The translations under genes and the position numbers were made by a program. A DNA stretch of 64,000 nucleotides from Chiloscyllium plagiosum (Eukaryota), in the NCBI RefSeq assembly GCF_004010195.1, contig NC_057723.1, forward strand, positions 39,033,425-39,097,424, in the 5' to 3' direction. Positions 52,475-63,310 of the stretch are shown here, piece after piece (position 1 is the stretch's first letter; each line of letters begins with the position of its first letter). The notes beneath the pieces are model-generated. The model was not told the DNA's origin. It saw only the letters and a list, made by a program, of their open reading frames with translations, and searched no databases.

Positions 52475-52992
52475 AATTCACTCACTTGTATATAGGAAGA
52501 ATCTTATTTAATTGGAGGGGGTTCGGCAAAGATTTACCAGGATGTTGCCAGGAATAGATGGTTTGAGTTATAAGAAGAGGCTGGATAGGCTGGGACCTTT
52601 TTCACTGGAGCTTAGGAGGTTGAGGGGTTGAGGTTTATAAAATCATAAGAGGCATAGCTAAGGTGAGTAGCAAGGGTGTTTTCCCTAGAGTGGGTGAATT
52701 CAAAACTAGGGGGCAAATTTTAAGGAGAGAGGAGAAAGTTTTAAAAAGGTCATGAAAGGTAACATTTCTGCACACAGAGTGGTTCATGTGTGGAATGAAC
52801 TGTCAGAGGAAGTGGTGGATACAGGTACAGTTACAACATTTAAAAGTCATTTAGATAAGTACATGAATAGGAAAAATTTGGAGGGATATGGGCCAAATGC
52901 AGGCAAATGGGTCTAGTTTAGTCTGGGAACATGTTTGGCGTGGGCTAGTTGGACCAATTGGCCAGTTTCCATACTGTATGACTCCATGGCTC
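52475..52992 (+). mobile_element. CR1 LINE 3' fragment
   Basis: RFTRMLPG..RLDRLGPFSLE..TQRVVHVWNELSEEVV equivalents, followed by the tail. Confidence 0.82.
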
Positions 52993-53619
52993 TATTTTTC
53001 CTCAGTGAAAACAGTTGCTTTTGTTATTTCATTATCTCACATTTCTAACCAACATAAATAGACATAAAGCACGACAACTTTTTTATAATACATTCACTGA
53101 GACCATTATACAAAAGAAATTCCTCCAACCTAGACTTAAGACTGCGGTTTAACTGGGACGAGGTTAGCAAGTCCTGGTGAGAGGTTGGGGAATTGTAAGA
53201 ACTTGGGAGGTGGGAACTACCTTGATGGGGTCCTCTATTGAGCACAGAGTCCTTTATCATAAAGGACCATTCTCTTCAGTTCACAAAAAGGCTGCATGAT
53301 GAAGGCTTTCCCTTATCCCACCATGGATAAAATCCTAGTGGAGATGGGTGGATATTCTTAAGTACCCATTAATTGGCCCATGGGTGAGCTGGTTGTCCAA
53401 TGTCTCTCCCACTGCAGGTAAAATTGAAACAGAAGTGAGTAGATGACAGGCCCAGCACTTCAACAATGGCTCCTATTGTTACCTGTAACCCTCTGCCCCT
53501 TCCCCTTCTCTCCCCACCAACACACAGACATATCCCGAAGGGTGCAACGTTCCTCTCTAAAGTTAGAAAGTTGTAGTTTGGCATATATAAACTTTGCAGT
53601 TTGTTGTTTAAAAATTGAA

Positions 53620-54410
53620 TGTTTAGATTGTAAATTTGCTCGCTGAGCTGGCAGGTTTGTTTTCAGACCTTTCATCATCATGCCAGGTAACATCATCAGT
53701 GAGCCTCTGGTGAAGCGCTGGTGTTCTGTCCTGCTTTCTATTTGTGTGTCTTGGTCTGTTACAGTGGGTGATATCATTTCCAGTTCTTTTTCTCAGAGTT
53801 TGGTAAATGGGGTCCAAATCAATGTGTTTATTAAAGAAGTTCCAGTTTGAATGCCAGGCTTCTAGGAATTCCCGTGTGTGTCTCTGTTTAGCCTGCCTTA
53901 GAATTAAAATGTTGTCCGAAGTGGTGTCCTTCTTCATCTATTTGTATGGATATTAGTGATAGTGGGTCATGTCTTTTGGTGGCTAGTTGGTTTTCATGTA
54001 TCATGGTGGTTAGTTTTCTGCCTGTCTATCACTATCTGTCTGACCAACTACCACTAGTATCCTTACATACAGATGAAGGAGGACACCACTTCGACTAGGA
54101 CAAGGCTAAACAGAGACACACACACGGGAATTCCTAGAGGCCTGACATTCAAACTGGAACGTCATCAATAAACACATCGATTTGGACCCTATTTACCAAC
54201 TACTGAGAAGACGAACCGGAAATTATATAACCCACCGTAACAGACCAAGACATAAATTGCAAGTGGGGACAGAACACCAGCGCTTCACTGGAGGCTCACT
54301 GATGAAGTTACCTAACATAGTGATGAAATGTCTAAAAACAAACCTGCCAGCTTAGTGAGCAAACTTACAACCTGAACCTCAAACTAAGCAACACATCTTC
54401 TCAAGAATCG
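53620..54410. mobile_element. PLE (second family) inverted pair: minus arm ~53620-54026, plus arm ~54040-54410
   Basis: Minus ORF ..RQAKQRHTREFLEAWHSNWNFFNKHIDLDPIY. The plus arm is the same sequence in opposite orientation. Hammerhead cores at 53699-53666 (minus) and 54299-54332 (plus: CTGATGA..GAAAT-GTC). Confidence 0.85.
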
Positions 54411-55572
54411 CAATAAAATGGTAACTGATGTTGTACTCTATTAGTCATGTAGGTTAAGGTCATACAGGAAAGGATGTGTTTAAACCATGCAGATACAAAC
54501 AGATTATTATTGACTTTGTCATTCAGAATCAAAGAGGTTGGTGTGTTGTCATGTTCTAGGATGGGTACTGGATTGGAACCGTCTGTTTTGAAGTCGAGGA
54601 AGAAATAATTAAGATAATCAAGACCAAGACATTCTATTAAATAATGAGGAGCCTTAGTAATCAGCTGTGCTCTGATGCCCTTTATAGTAGTCATTAAGGA
54701 GTTCTCTGTGATGGTCATAATGATGCATGATGCTCTTTTCCAGCTACTTTCACAGAAACTGCTGGGGCTTCTTCTGAGGATGTTCCAGTAAATGCTTCTT
54801 TCAATAGAAAAACGGTACAGGATAATGAACCTATACAATGCTGGTATTGATTTGAAAATATGCTTTTGGCTTCCTGGATAGCTAAAGTCTGGTGATGCTG
54901 ATTTATTAGTGAGTTGTACACCCGCTTAAGCAGTTTTTTAAAAATTAATGTAAAGCTCTCTGTGCCTATTGCATTTAATGCTGCAGTGTCAATGCTATGT
55001 CTTCTCCTAACATTATTCTAGGACAGGTGTAGACACATCACAATAAAATGATATTCTATTCTGTAAGTTGAAAATAGAAAATAAAAGTGAAGGTGGGACC
55101 ATCCATGAGTATAAGGACAGATGTAAATTTGGCAATGGCTTTGGCTGAAGTTATGGGCATTTTTATCAAAGCCCTAATAGTCTTTGACCAAGAGGGATCC
55201 AGAATTAGTCTTCAAGTCACATGGAACAAGAAGAAAATGCAATTGTTGGGAATATAATGGAATTCCAGCTGCCTTCATAATATATGACAATCCGTCAAAG
55301 GCAGCGGAATCAGTGACACAATTATTTACTTAGACAGCACTACTTTTTTCTTCTTCATCTACAGGATGTGGTGGTCAAGGTTTCCTGTCCTTAATTGCTT
55401 TTAGGAAGGTTGCAGGGACCTGCTTCCTTTACCTGCTACAATCTGTATGATGAATGTATTTCCATGTTGTTCTGAGAGATGGCGGTCCAAGATTTTCACC
55501 CAGTGGCAATTAGGATTGTTTTTCTGAATGCCACAGGTACAGTGTATTCACAAGCTTTACAAACTCTCCATT

Positions 55573-55680
55573 AGGGCTCTTTTGTGGCACAGTGGGAGGT
55601 CATTTTGCCTGGACTAAGAGATCTGGATTCAAGAACCACCTGCACCATATCATGTCCAATCAGGTTGATTAGGAAAAACA
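55573..55680 (+). mobile_element. Short tRNA-derived SINE (diverged); related copies at ~27010-27110 and ~27585-27652 (minus) and 63196-63310
   Basis: GGGCTCTT..GTGGCACAGTGG (A box), GGATTCAAG (B-box-like) and a shared 3' end CAGGTTGATTAG.AAAA. Confidence 0.55.
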
Positions 55681-56160
55681 AGGTTAAATAAAAAGCAAAT
55701 GAATCCCCACCACATATTTGAAGCTTAGACGTAAAACAGAATCTTAATGCTAAGCTCCACAACCCATTTATGACTAAATTAAAATATGACTCAAATACCA
55801 CTAATTATCAAATTAACAAATAGGCAAATTTATAAATGTCATTTTATATTGTTTCAAACACTGCTAAAGGCCTGGCGACAAAAACTTAAAGGAGATTATG
55901 CATAATCTGACTAACCATTCTGACCTGATCGGTTGATTGTCAACGATTCTTCTGCTATGGACACTTTGAGGAACCCAAACTAAACATCATTGAACAGGTT
56001 ACTGCAGAGTAAGTGCTGCTTGACAGCAATATCAATGACACCTCACTTTGCTGATAATTGAGAATAAACTGATGGGGTGATAATTAGCTGGATTAAAGTT
56101 CTATTGTTTATTGTGGATAATACATACCCAGTCAATTTTCTACATCATTGGGTGGATGTA

Positions 56161-56375
56161 ATTCTCCCCGTTCTGCGTGGGTTTCCCCCGGGTGCTCCGG
56201 TTTCCTCCCACAGTCCAAAGATGTGCAGGTCAGGTGAATTGGCCATGCTAAATTGCCCGTAGTGTTAGGTAAGGGGTAAATGTAGGGGTATGGGTGGGTT
56301 GCGCTTCGGCGGGGTGGTGTGGACTTGTTGGGCAGAAGGGCCTGTTTCCACACTGTAAGTAATCTAATCTAATCT
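56161..56375 (+). mobile_element. 5'-truncated HE1-like V-SINE
   Basis: V-domain and 3' end nearly match 19981-20194. (TAATC)3 tail. Confidence 0.9.
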
Positions 56376-58109
56376 ACTAATCATGGGGCCAGAACCCATG
56401 AATTAACTCATCATCCACAAATTAGTTGTTAAGATAATTTTCTTCCTTGAAATGATCATGGAAAGGGGACTTTGGAAGGAAAAACACATCTTGACAGCTT
56501 CTTGGAAATTTCAATTTGACATACAAGATCTTAAAAATGCCATCAATATTAGGAAACACTTTACAAGTGTTCCATAGTCTTGGTTTCAGGTCACCTCGCC
56601 TTGCTTGGAGTTGCTTGGAGATAGAAATTATGAAAAAGTCAACATCAATTTTTTTTCAGTAAATTCTTTAGTAAATGCTTGAAAAAAATTTCACGTATGC
56701 TAGACTTCAGTTAAGACCTGCTAGAGGAACAGAAACATGAAGGTTAAATACTTTAGTCGTAATTTCACAAGGAGCAGTCAGAATTATATCAGAGCCAGCC
56801 TGTGAAACATTTGGAAATCAAATTAGTTTCTAGTCATGTGATATTAGACAGTAATGTATTTGCTATTGCACAACTTATTCACAAAATCATGTGGCCTCTT
56901 TCTTTTCTCAGGGAAGAAAGGAGAATGACATCATGAACCAAAATTAGCACCTACAAATTTGTGCCCAGATTCCTTAAACTAGTTTATGTATCCAAAATAT
57001 TTTGTCCATTGTTAACAAACATTTGGATATCCTAAAGAAGGATATTTCCTATTTTTTTCTTTTGAATGAAAAATTTAGATGAAGGGTTAAGCCAAAAACA
57101 AAAAAAAACTATTTTCTATTCTCTACCTGTTTTGGATGGGCAGCTGGCTGACTGAGAGCAGGTTAAATATGTAGATGCTACATGAGTTGCAATCTATTTG
57201 GTGGAGAAGATCTAAGGCAGTAGAATCAGCAATTCTGAGAAATCAGAAGCAACCTTTTGATTTTGTTTAGAAGGTCTCCCTCCTTTGCTACCAGGTTTTA
57301 CTGAACAGGCTGCCCAAGGCCCACTCAGTCAGCAGCAGAAATATCATTGGAATTCTTTGGATGTTATAGGTTCTAAGATCTAATTATAAAGGAGGCTCCT
57401 AACTGAGGTAGGTTGGAACCTCTGGCGCTTAATAAAAGGGACCAACTAAGAAGGTAGTATATGGAAATTGAGCAAGATCAAAAAGGGAAATCAATGCACA
57501 GGTATTTTAATTGTCCAACTGTGCCATTCCCAGAATGGGTTCACACTATGCCCTATCCCATAATAATGCTTGATGTGTATACGCATATGTGAAATTCTTG
57601 GCAATAAAATGTAATGTATACCATTAAATTAAAAGAAATAATGAGGATATAAATGAATCAATTTCAGAAATTCATCTGAGGTTTCAATTAGATTAAATCA
57701 AGCCAATGATAACATAAATTTTACATTCCAGAGAACAAAGTTCTATGTTTCTATTTGCAAATTCTTAAAGGGTTCAAATGCAAGTTTGAAGTACACTACT
57801 GCACACCTCACAACCTGTTGTGGAAAAGTAAAAAATTTAACTGCAGCAGACTGTAAAATGCTCAGTACTCAGGGATTACCCACTGGGAATGGGATTAAAT
57901 TTGGAAAAGTCAATTTTGCGACATTATTTATGGACACTGAAAAAGGATTTTAGGAACTTTTAAGGTGTCTTGGCTAGAGTCAGTGCAGGAGCTACTGAAA
58001 AATGTATGACGGCACCTTCAGTATAGAAGAAATTTAATTCTCTGTAATTCGTCACAAAGTAAATGAACATAATACCCCAGAATCAGTGTTTGATGTACAG
58101 CAGAACCCC

Positions 58110-58520
58110 AAGTGGAATAAAGGGAATGTAGGAAGTGTAGAGGAGAAGCAGTGATGAGTGAGGAGAGCGAGTAGGAGTGGGAATGAAATAGGAGGGAGTT
58201 GGAAAGAACATAATGGGAGGAAAAGAAGAAAGAGGGTACAGAGGGAGGGACTTTGGATAAGGTAAGGGGTATGTGGATGGGATGGAGGGGCAAGAGCAGG
58301 AAGGGAGGAGCAAGGGGAACAGGGAAGAGTGAAATCAGCAAAGAGGGAAGCAGGGATAGGATGGGAAGAGAAGAGCAGGGTAGATGTGAATGGTCTAGAA
58401 GAGGGTGGGGAAGAAGGGATAAGGCAAGGAGAGAGGAAGGAGAGGAGGTGGAGGAATGTGGAGGGGCAAGTAGAAGAGCGAAAGGAAAGTGGGGGATGCA
58501 AAAAATGGAAGAGCGGTGTT
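58110..58520 (+). repeat. Purine-rich (G/A) low-complexity tract
   Basis: About 400 bp dominated by GGA/GAG/GAA on the + strand with no clean periodicity. Confidence 0.8.
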
Positions 58521-58854
58521 GTGAGGGATTTGAGTGACATGCACAATGGCAAGATATTTGTGAGAACACAGCAAGAATGGAAGAATTAGATTCTCCATAC
58601 CTGGATAATAAAGTCTGATTTTCTCTTTATGATTTTAATGGTTAAATAAGAATTTCACTAGTGAGTAGTGAGGACCCTATTTTCATCTTATTATTGGTTA
58701 ATCTTGTCCCACTCCTATGCAGTGTGTGATTCCTCAGCTGGAAGGCCCCAGTTCCTGAGTTGAACATTTGAGCTTTTATTTGGTGGCTGCAGATCACTGG
58801 TGTGTTCTCTGGAGCATCCTGCTGGCTATCATTTACCAACATTTCAGAACAACA

Positions 58855-59120
58855 GGGGTCCTCAAGATGAGCTTCTGATGTTTGGATCAATCTGGACGGG
58901 CCTTGCGATACACCCTCTACACAGAATGGGCTGCATAATCTGACCCTGTAAAACTGCAACAGACAACCTGGACTGTCATGGACATCGAGGAGCTGGGGGG
59001 GGGAAGAGAGAACAGCAGACTTCTGAGGAGGAAGATGAGGACAATGACCAGGAAGGGCATCATTTTCACCATGATAAACTGATTCAGCATCAGATAAGAC
59101 AAGCCAAACAAGAATTAATT
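58855..59120 (+). mobile_element. Harbinger/PIF (HARBI1-like) transposase C-terminal relic
   Basis: 58855-58914 reads GVLKMSF*CLDQSGRALRYT, matching the HARBI1-family motif G.LK.RFRCLD.SGG.LQY. An acidic stretch SEEEDEDNDQEG follows. Confidence 0.6.
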
Positions 59121-59124
59121 AACT

Positions 59125-59250
59125 GGGAGAAAGTAAACACTGCAGATGCTAGAGATCAGAGTCGAAGAGTGTGGTACTGGAAAAACGCAACTGGTCAGGC
59201 AGCATCCGAGGAGCAGGAGAATCGATGTTTTGAACATAAGCTCTTCATCA
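59125..59250 (-). mobile_element. PLE terminal fragment with a degenerate hammerhead core
   Basis: GGAGAAAGT..TGCAGATGCT..GGTCAGGCAGCATCCGAGGAGCAGGAGAATCGATG..TTCATCA is the same terminus as 42836-42960. Confidence 0.8.
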
Positions 59251-59364
59251 ATCCAAGATAAGTGAGTACATCAGTGAATATAGATTTATTTTCATTAGAA
59301 ATGTAAGCAGCCCCTTTATAATGAACAAAAGCAAATGTACGTACTTTGTTTGTCCTTTCTTAAA

Positions 59365-62300
59365 GTCATAGAGACATAGTGATGTACAGCATGGAAACAG
59401 ACCCTTCGGTCCAACCCGCCCATGGTGGCAAGGTGGCACAGTGGTTAGCACTGCTGCCTCACAGCACCAGAGACCCGGGTTCAATTCCCGCCTCAGGCGA
59501 CTGACTGTGTGAAGTTTGCACGTTCTCCCCGTGTCTGCGTGGGTTTCCTCCGGGTGCTCCGGTTTCCTCCCACAGTCCAAAGATGTGCAGGTCAGGTGAT
59601 TTGGCCATGCTAAATTGCCCATAGTGTTAGGTAAGGGGTAAATGTAGGGGTATGGGTGAGTTGCGCTTCGGTGGGGCGGTGTGGACTTTTGGGCCGAAGG
59701 GCCTGTTTCCACACTGTAAATAATCTAATCTAATCTAATCTAATATCCCAACCTAATCTAATCCCACTTGCCAGCACCCGGCCCATATCCCTCCAAACTC
59801 TTCCTATTCATATACCCATCCAAATGCCTCTTCAATGTTGCAATTGTATCAGCCTCCACCACTTCCTCTGGCAGCTCATTCCACATATACACCACCATCT
59901 GTGTGAAAACATTTCCCCTTAGGTCTCTCTTATATCTTTTCCCTCTCACCCTAAACCTATGCCCTCTAGTTCTGGACTCCCCAACCCCAGGGAAAAGACT
60001 TTGTCTATTTACCCTATCCATGCCCCTCATAATATTGTAAACCTCTGTAAGTTCACCCCTCAGCCTCCGACGCTTCAGGGAAAACAGCCCCAGCCTGTTC
60101 AGCCTCTCCCTGTAGCTCAAATCCTCCAACCCTTGCAACATCCTTGTAAATCTTTTCTGAACCCTTTCAAGTTTCACAACATCTTTCCGATAGAAAGGAG
60201 ACCAGAATTGTACGCAATATTCCAACAGTGGCCTAATCAATGTCCTGTATAGCTGCAACATGACCTCCCAACTTCTGACTGATAAAGGAAAGCATACCAA
60301 ACGCCTTCTTCACTATTCTCTCTACCTGCGACTCCACTTTCAAGGAGCTATGTACCTGAACTCCAAGGTCTCTTTGTTTAGCAACACTCCGTAGGACCTT
60401 ACCATTAAGAGTATAAGTCCTGCTAAGATTTGCTTTCCCAAAATGCAGCACCTCGCATTTGTCAAAATTAAACTCCTCCTACCACTTCTCTGCCCATTGG
60501 TCCTAACTGGTCAATATCCTGTTGTAATCTGAGGTAATCCTCTTTTCTGTCCACTACACCTCCAATTCTGGTGTCATCTGCAAACTTACTAACTGTACCT
60601 CTCATGCTCACATCCAAATCATTTATGTAAATGACAAAAAGTAGAGGACCCAGCACCAATCCTTGTGGCACTCCACTGGTCACAGGCCTCCAGTCTGAAA
60701 AACAACTCTCCCCCACCACCCTCTGTCTTCTACCTTTGAGCCAGTTCTGTATCCAAATGGCTAGTTCTCCCTGTATTCCATGAGACCAAACCTTGCTAAT
60801 CAGTCTCCCATGGGAAACCTTGTTGAATGCCTTACTGAAGTCCATATAGATCACATCTACCACTCTGCCCTCATCAATCCTTTTTGTTAATTCTTCAAAA
60901 AACTCGATCAAGTTTGTGAGACATGATTTCCCACGCACAAAGCCATGTTGACTATCCCTAATCAATCCTTGCCTTTCCATATACATGTATATCCAGTCCC
61001 TCAGGATTCCCTCCAACAACTTGCCCACCACTGACATCAGGCTCAATGGTCTATAGTTCCCTGGCTTGTCCTTACCACCCTTCTTAAACAGTGGCACCAC
61101 GTTAGCTAACCTCCAGTTTTCCGGCATCTCACCCGTGACTATCGATGATACAAATATCTCAGCAAGAGGCCCAGCAATCACTTCTCTAGCTTCCCACAGA
61201 GTTCTAGGGTATACCTGATCAGGTTCTGGGGATTTATCCACTGTTACGCATTTCAAGACTTCCAGCACTTCCTCCTCTGTAATATGGACATTTTGCAAGA
61301 TGTCACCATCTATTTCCCTACAGTCTATATCTTCCATATCCTCTTCCACAGTAAATACTGATGCAAAATTCACGTTTAGTATCTCCACCATTTTCTGCAG
61401 CTCCAGACAAAGGCCGACTTGCTGATCTTTGAGGGGCCCTATTCTCTCCCTAGTTACCCTTTTGTCCTTAATGTATTTGTGAAAACTCTTTGGATTCTCC
61501 TTAATTCTTTTTGCCAAAACTATCTCGTGTCCGCTTTTGCCCTCCTGATTTCCCTGTTAGGTATACTCCTACTTCCTTTATACTGTTCTCAATCTATCCT
61601 GTCTATACCTGACACACGCTTCCTTCTTTTTCTTAACCAAACGCTCAATTTCTTTAGTCATCCAGCATTCCTTATACCTACCAGCCTTTCCTTTCACCCT
61701 GACAGGAATATACTTTCTCTGGATTCTCGTTATCTCATTTCTGAAGGCTTCCCATTTTCCAGCCATCCCTTTACCTGTGAACATCTGCCCCCAACGTTTT
61801 AAAGTTCTTGCCTAATACCGTCAAAATTGGCCTTTCTCCAATTTAGAACTTCAACTTTTAGATCTGGTCTATCCTTTTCCATCACTATTTTAAATCTAAT
61901 AGAATTATGGTCGCTGGCCCCAAAGTGCTCCCCCACTGACACCTCAGTCACCTGCCCTGCCTTATTTCTCAAGAGTAGCTCAAGTTTTGCACTCTCTCTA
62001 GTAAGTACATTCACATACTGAATCAGAAAATTTTCTTGTACACACTTAACAATTCCCCTCCAACTAAACCCTTAACACTATGGCAGTCCCAGTCTATGTT
62101 TGGAAAGTTAAAATCCCCTACCAAAATCACCCTATTATTCTTACAGATAGCTGAGATCTCCTTACAAACTTTTCTCAGTTTCCCTCTGACTATTAGGGGG
62201 TCTATAATACAATCCCAATAAGGTGATCATCCCTTTCTTATTTCTCAGTTCCACCCCAATAACTTCCCTGGTTGTATTTCCAGGAATATCCTCCCTCAGC

Positions 62301-62790
62301 ACAGCTGTAATGCTATCCCTTATCAAAAATGCCACTCCCCCTCCTCTCTTGCCTCTCTTTCTATCCTTCCTGTAGCATTTGTATCCTGGAACATTAAGCT
62401 GCCAGTCCTGCCCATCCCTGAGCCATGTTTCTGTAATTGCTATGATATCCCAATTCCATGTTCCTAACCATGTCCTGAGTTAATCTGCCTTCCCTGTTAG
62501 GCTCCTTGCATTGAAATAAATGTAGTTTAATTTATTAGTCCTATATTGTCCCTGCCTGCCTTGAATGTTTGACCGCTTCTGTTCTCGATTGTACCAGTCT
62601 CAGATTGATCTCTTTCCTCACTATCTCCCTGGGTCCCACCCTGCCACCTTACTAGTTTAAATCCTCCTGTGCAGCTCTAGCAAATTCCCTGCCAGTATAT
62701 TAGTCCCCTTCCAATTTAGGTGCAATCCATCCTTCTTGTACAGGTCACTTCTACCCTAAAAGAGATTCCAATGATCCAAAAATGTGAATC
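59365..62790 (-). mobile_element. Long CR1 (HER1-like) LINE: ORF1 esterase C-terminus plus essentially all of ORF2 (APE endonuclease and RT), inactivated by stops and frameshifts
   Basis: Minus strand: GFTFLDHWNLF*GRSDLYKKDGLHLNW (SGNH-type DGLH, ~62790-62710), YFNARSL..IIAITETWL (APE), ASDHNSIRF, PGNYRPLSL, YMDFSKAF, GVPQGLVLGP, KFADDT and the C-terminus to 59758. Tail at 59365. Confidence 0.95.
59424..59742 (+). mobile_element. Full-length HE1-like V-SINE inserted into the 3' tail of the CR1 LINE
   Basis: A/B boxes, V-domain and (TAATC)4 tail. The LINE tail stops at ..CCAACCCGCCCATG and resumes at ATATCCCAACCTAATC. Confidence 0.93.
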
Positions 62791-63081
62791 CAGCTCCTCA
62801 GCCTTCTTCATCTTTCCTGTTGAGTAATAAATGTTACTATTATTAGCAGTTTGAAGTCTTTACAGAATCTGCTGCTCCCACATTCAAGAATCATAGCACT
62901 ATCTGTTTTAATGGGTTTGAGGCAAAGAGTAACAATCAGCCATACAGAGTTCCACATCATTTGGTGCAGAGGAAAGTTAGCTTCTGAGATATGCTTCATG
63001 ATCTAGTGTCTGGGACCTGTGTACTCAATTCTGCCGTGGCCATTATCCATCTGAGAAGCAACGTGACATTAATCCGACAGT

Positions 63082-63195
63082 GCCTATGGCCATACTAGTC
63101 TGCAAGTGTCTAATGTAGTCTGAGCTTGCAAGCTAAGTAGATGCAGGCCTAGTTGATGCTTGGGTGACTACCTGGGAATAGCAGGTGCAGTGGAA
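63082..63195 (+). pseudogene. 5S rRNA pseudogene / 5S-derived SINE head
   Basis: GCCTATGGCCATACTAGTCTG..AAGCTAAGTAG..GGCCTAGTT..CTTGGGTG..ACTACCTGGGAATAGCAGGTGCAGT aligns along the whole vertebrate 5S. It has many substitutions, a ~4-nt deletion in box C and no oligo-T terminator. Confidence 0.82.
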
Positions 63196-63310
63196 GGAAG
63201 CTCTTGTGACACAGTGGTAGTGTTCCTACCTCTGAACCAGAAGGCCAGGGTTCAGGTCCTAAATGCTCCAGAGATTTGATAGCATCTCTGAACAGGTTCA
63301 ATATAAAAAC
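63196..63310 (+). mobile_element. Short tRNA-derived SINE directly abutting the 5S copy
   Basis: GCTCTTGTGACACAGTGGTAGTG (A box), GGGTTCAGGTCC (B box) and 3' end ATCTCTGAACAGGTT, shared with 27585-27610 on the minus strand. Confidence 0.65.

Noticed and set aside
58018-58598. Overlapping Pro/Ser/Leu- or Gly/Arg/Glu-rich ORFs
   Set aside because: Artefacts of a low-complexity purine tract that is depleted of stop codons.
60468-61517. 349-aa RT ORF as an active or domesticated gene
   Set aside because: Part of a CR1 ORF2 broken by frameshifts and stops on both sides, with no evidence of selective retention.
63082-63195. Functional 5S rRNA gene
   Set aside because: Many substitutions, a box C deletion, no terminator and no tandem array.
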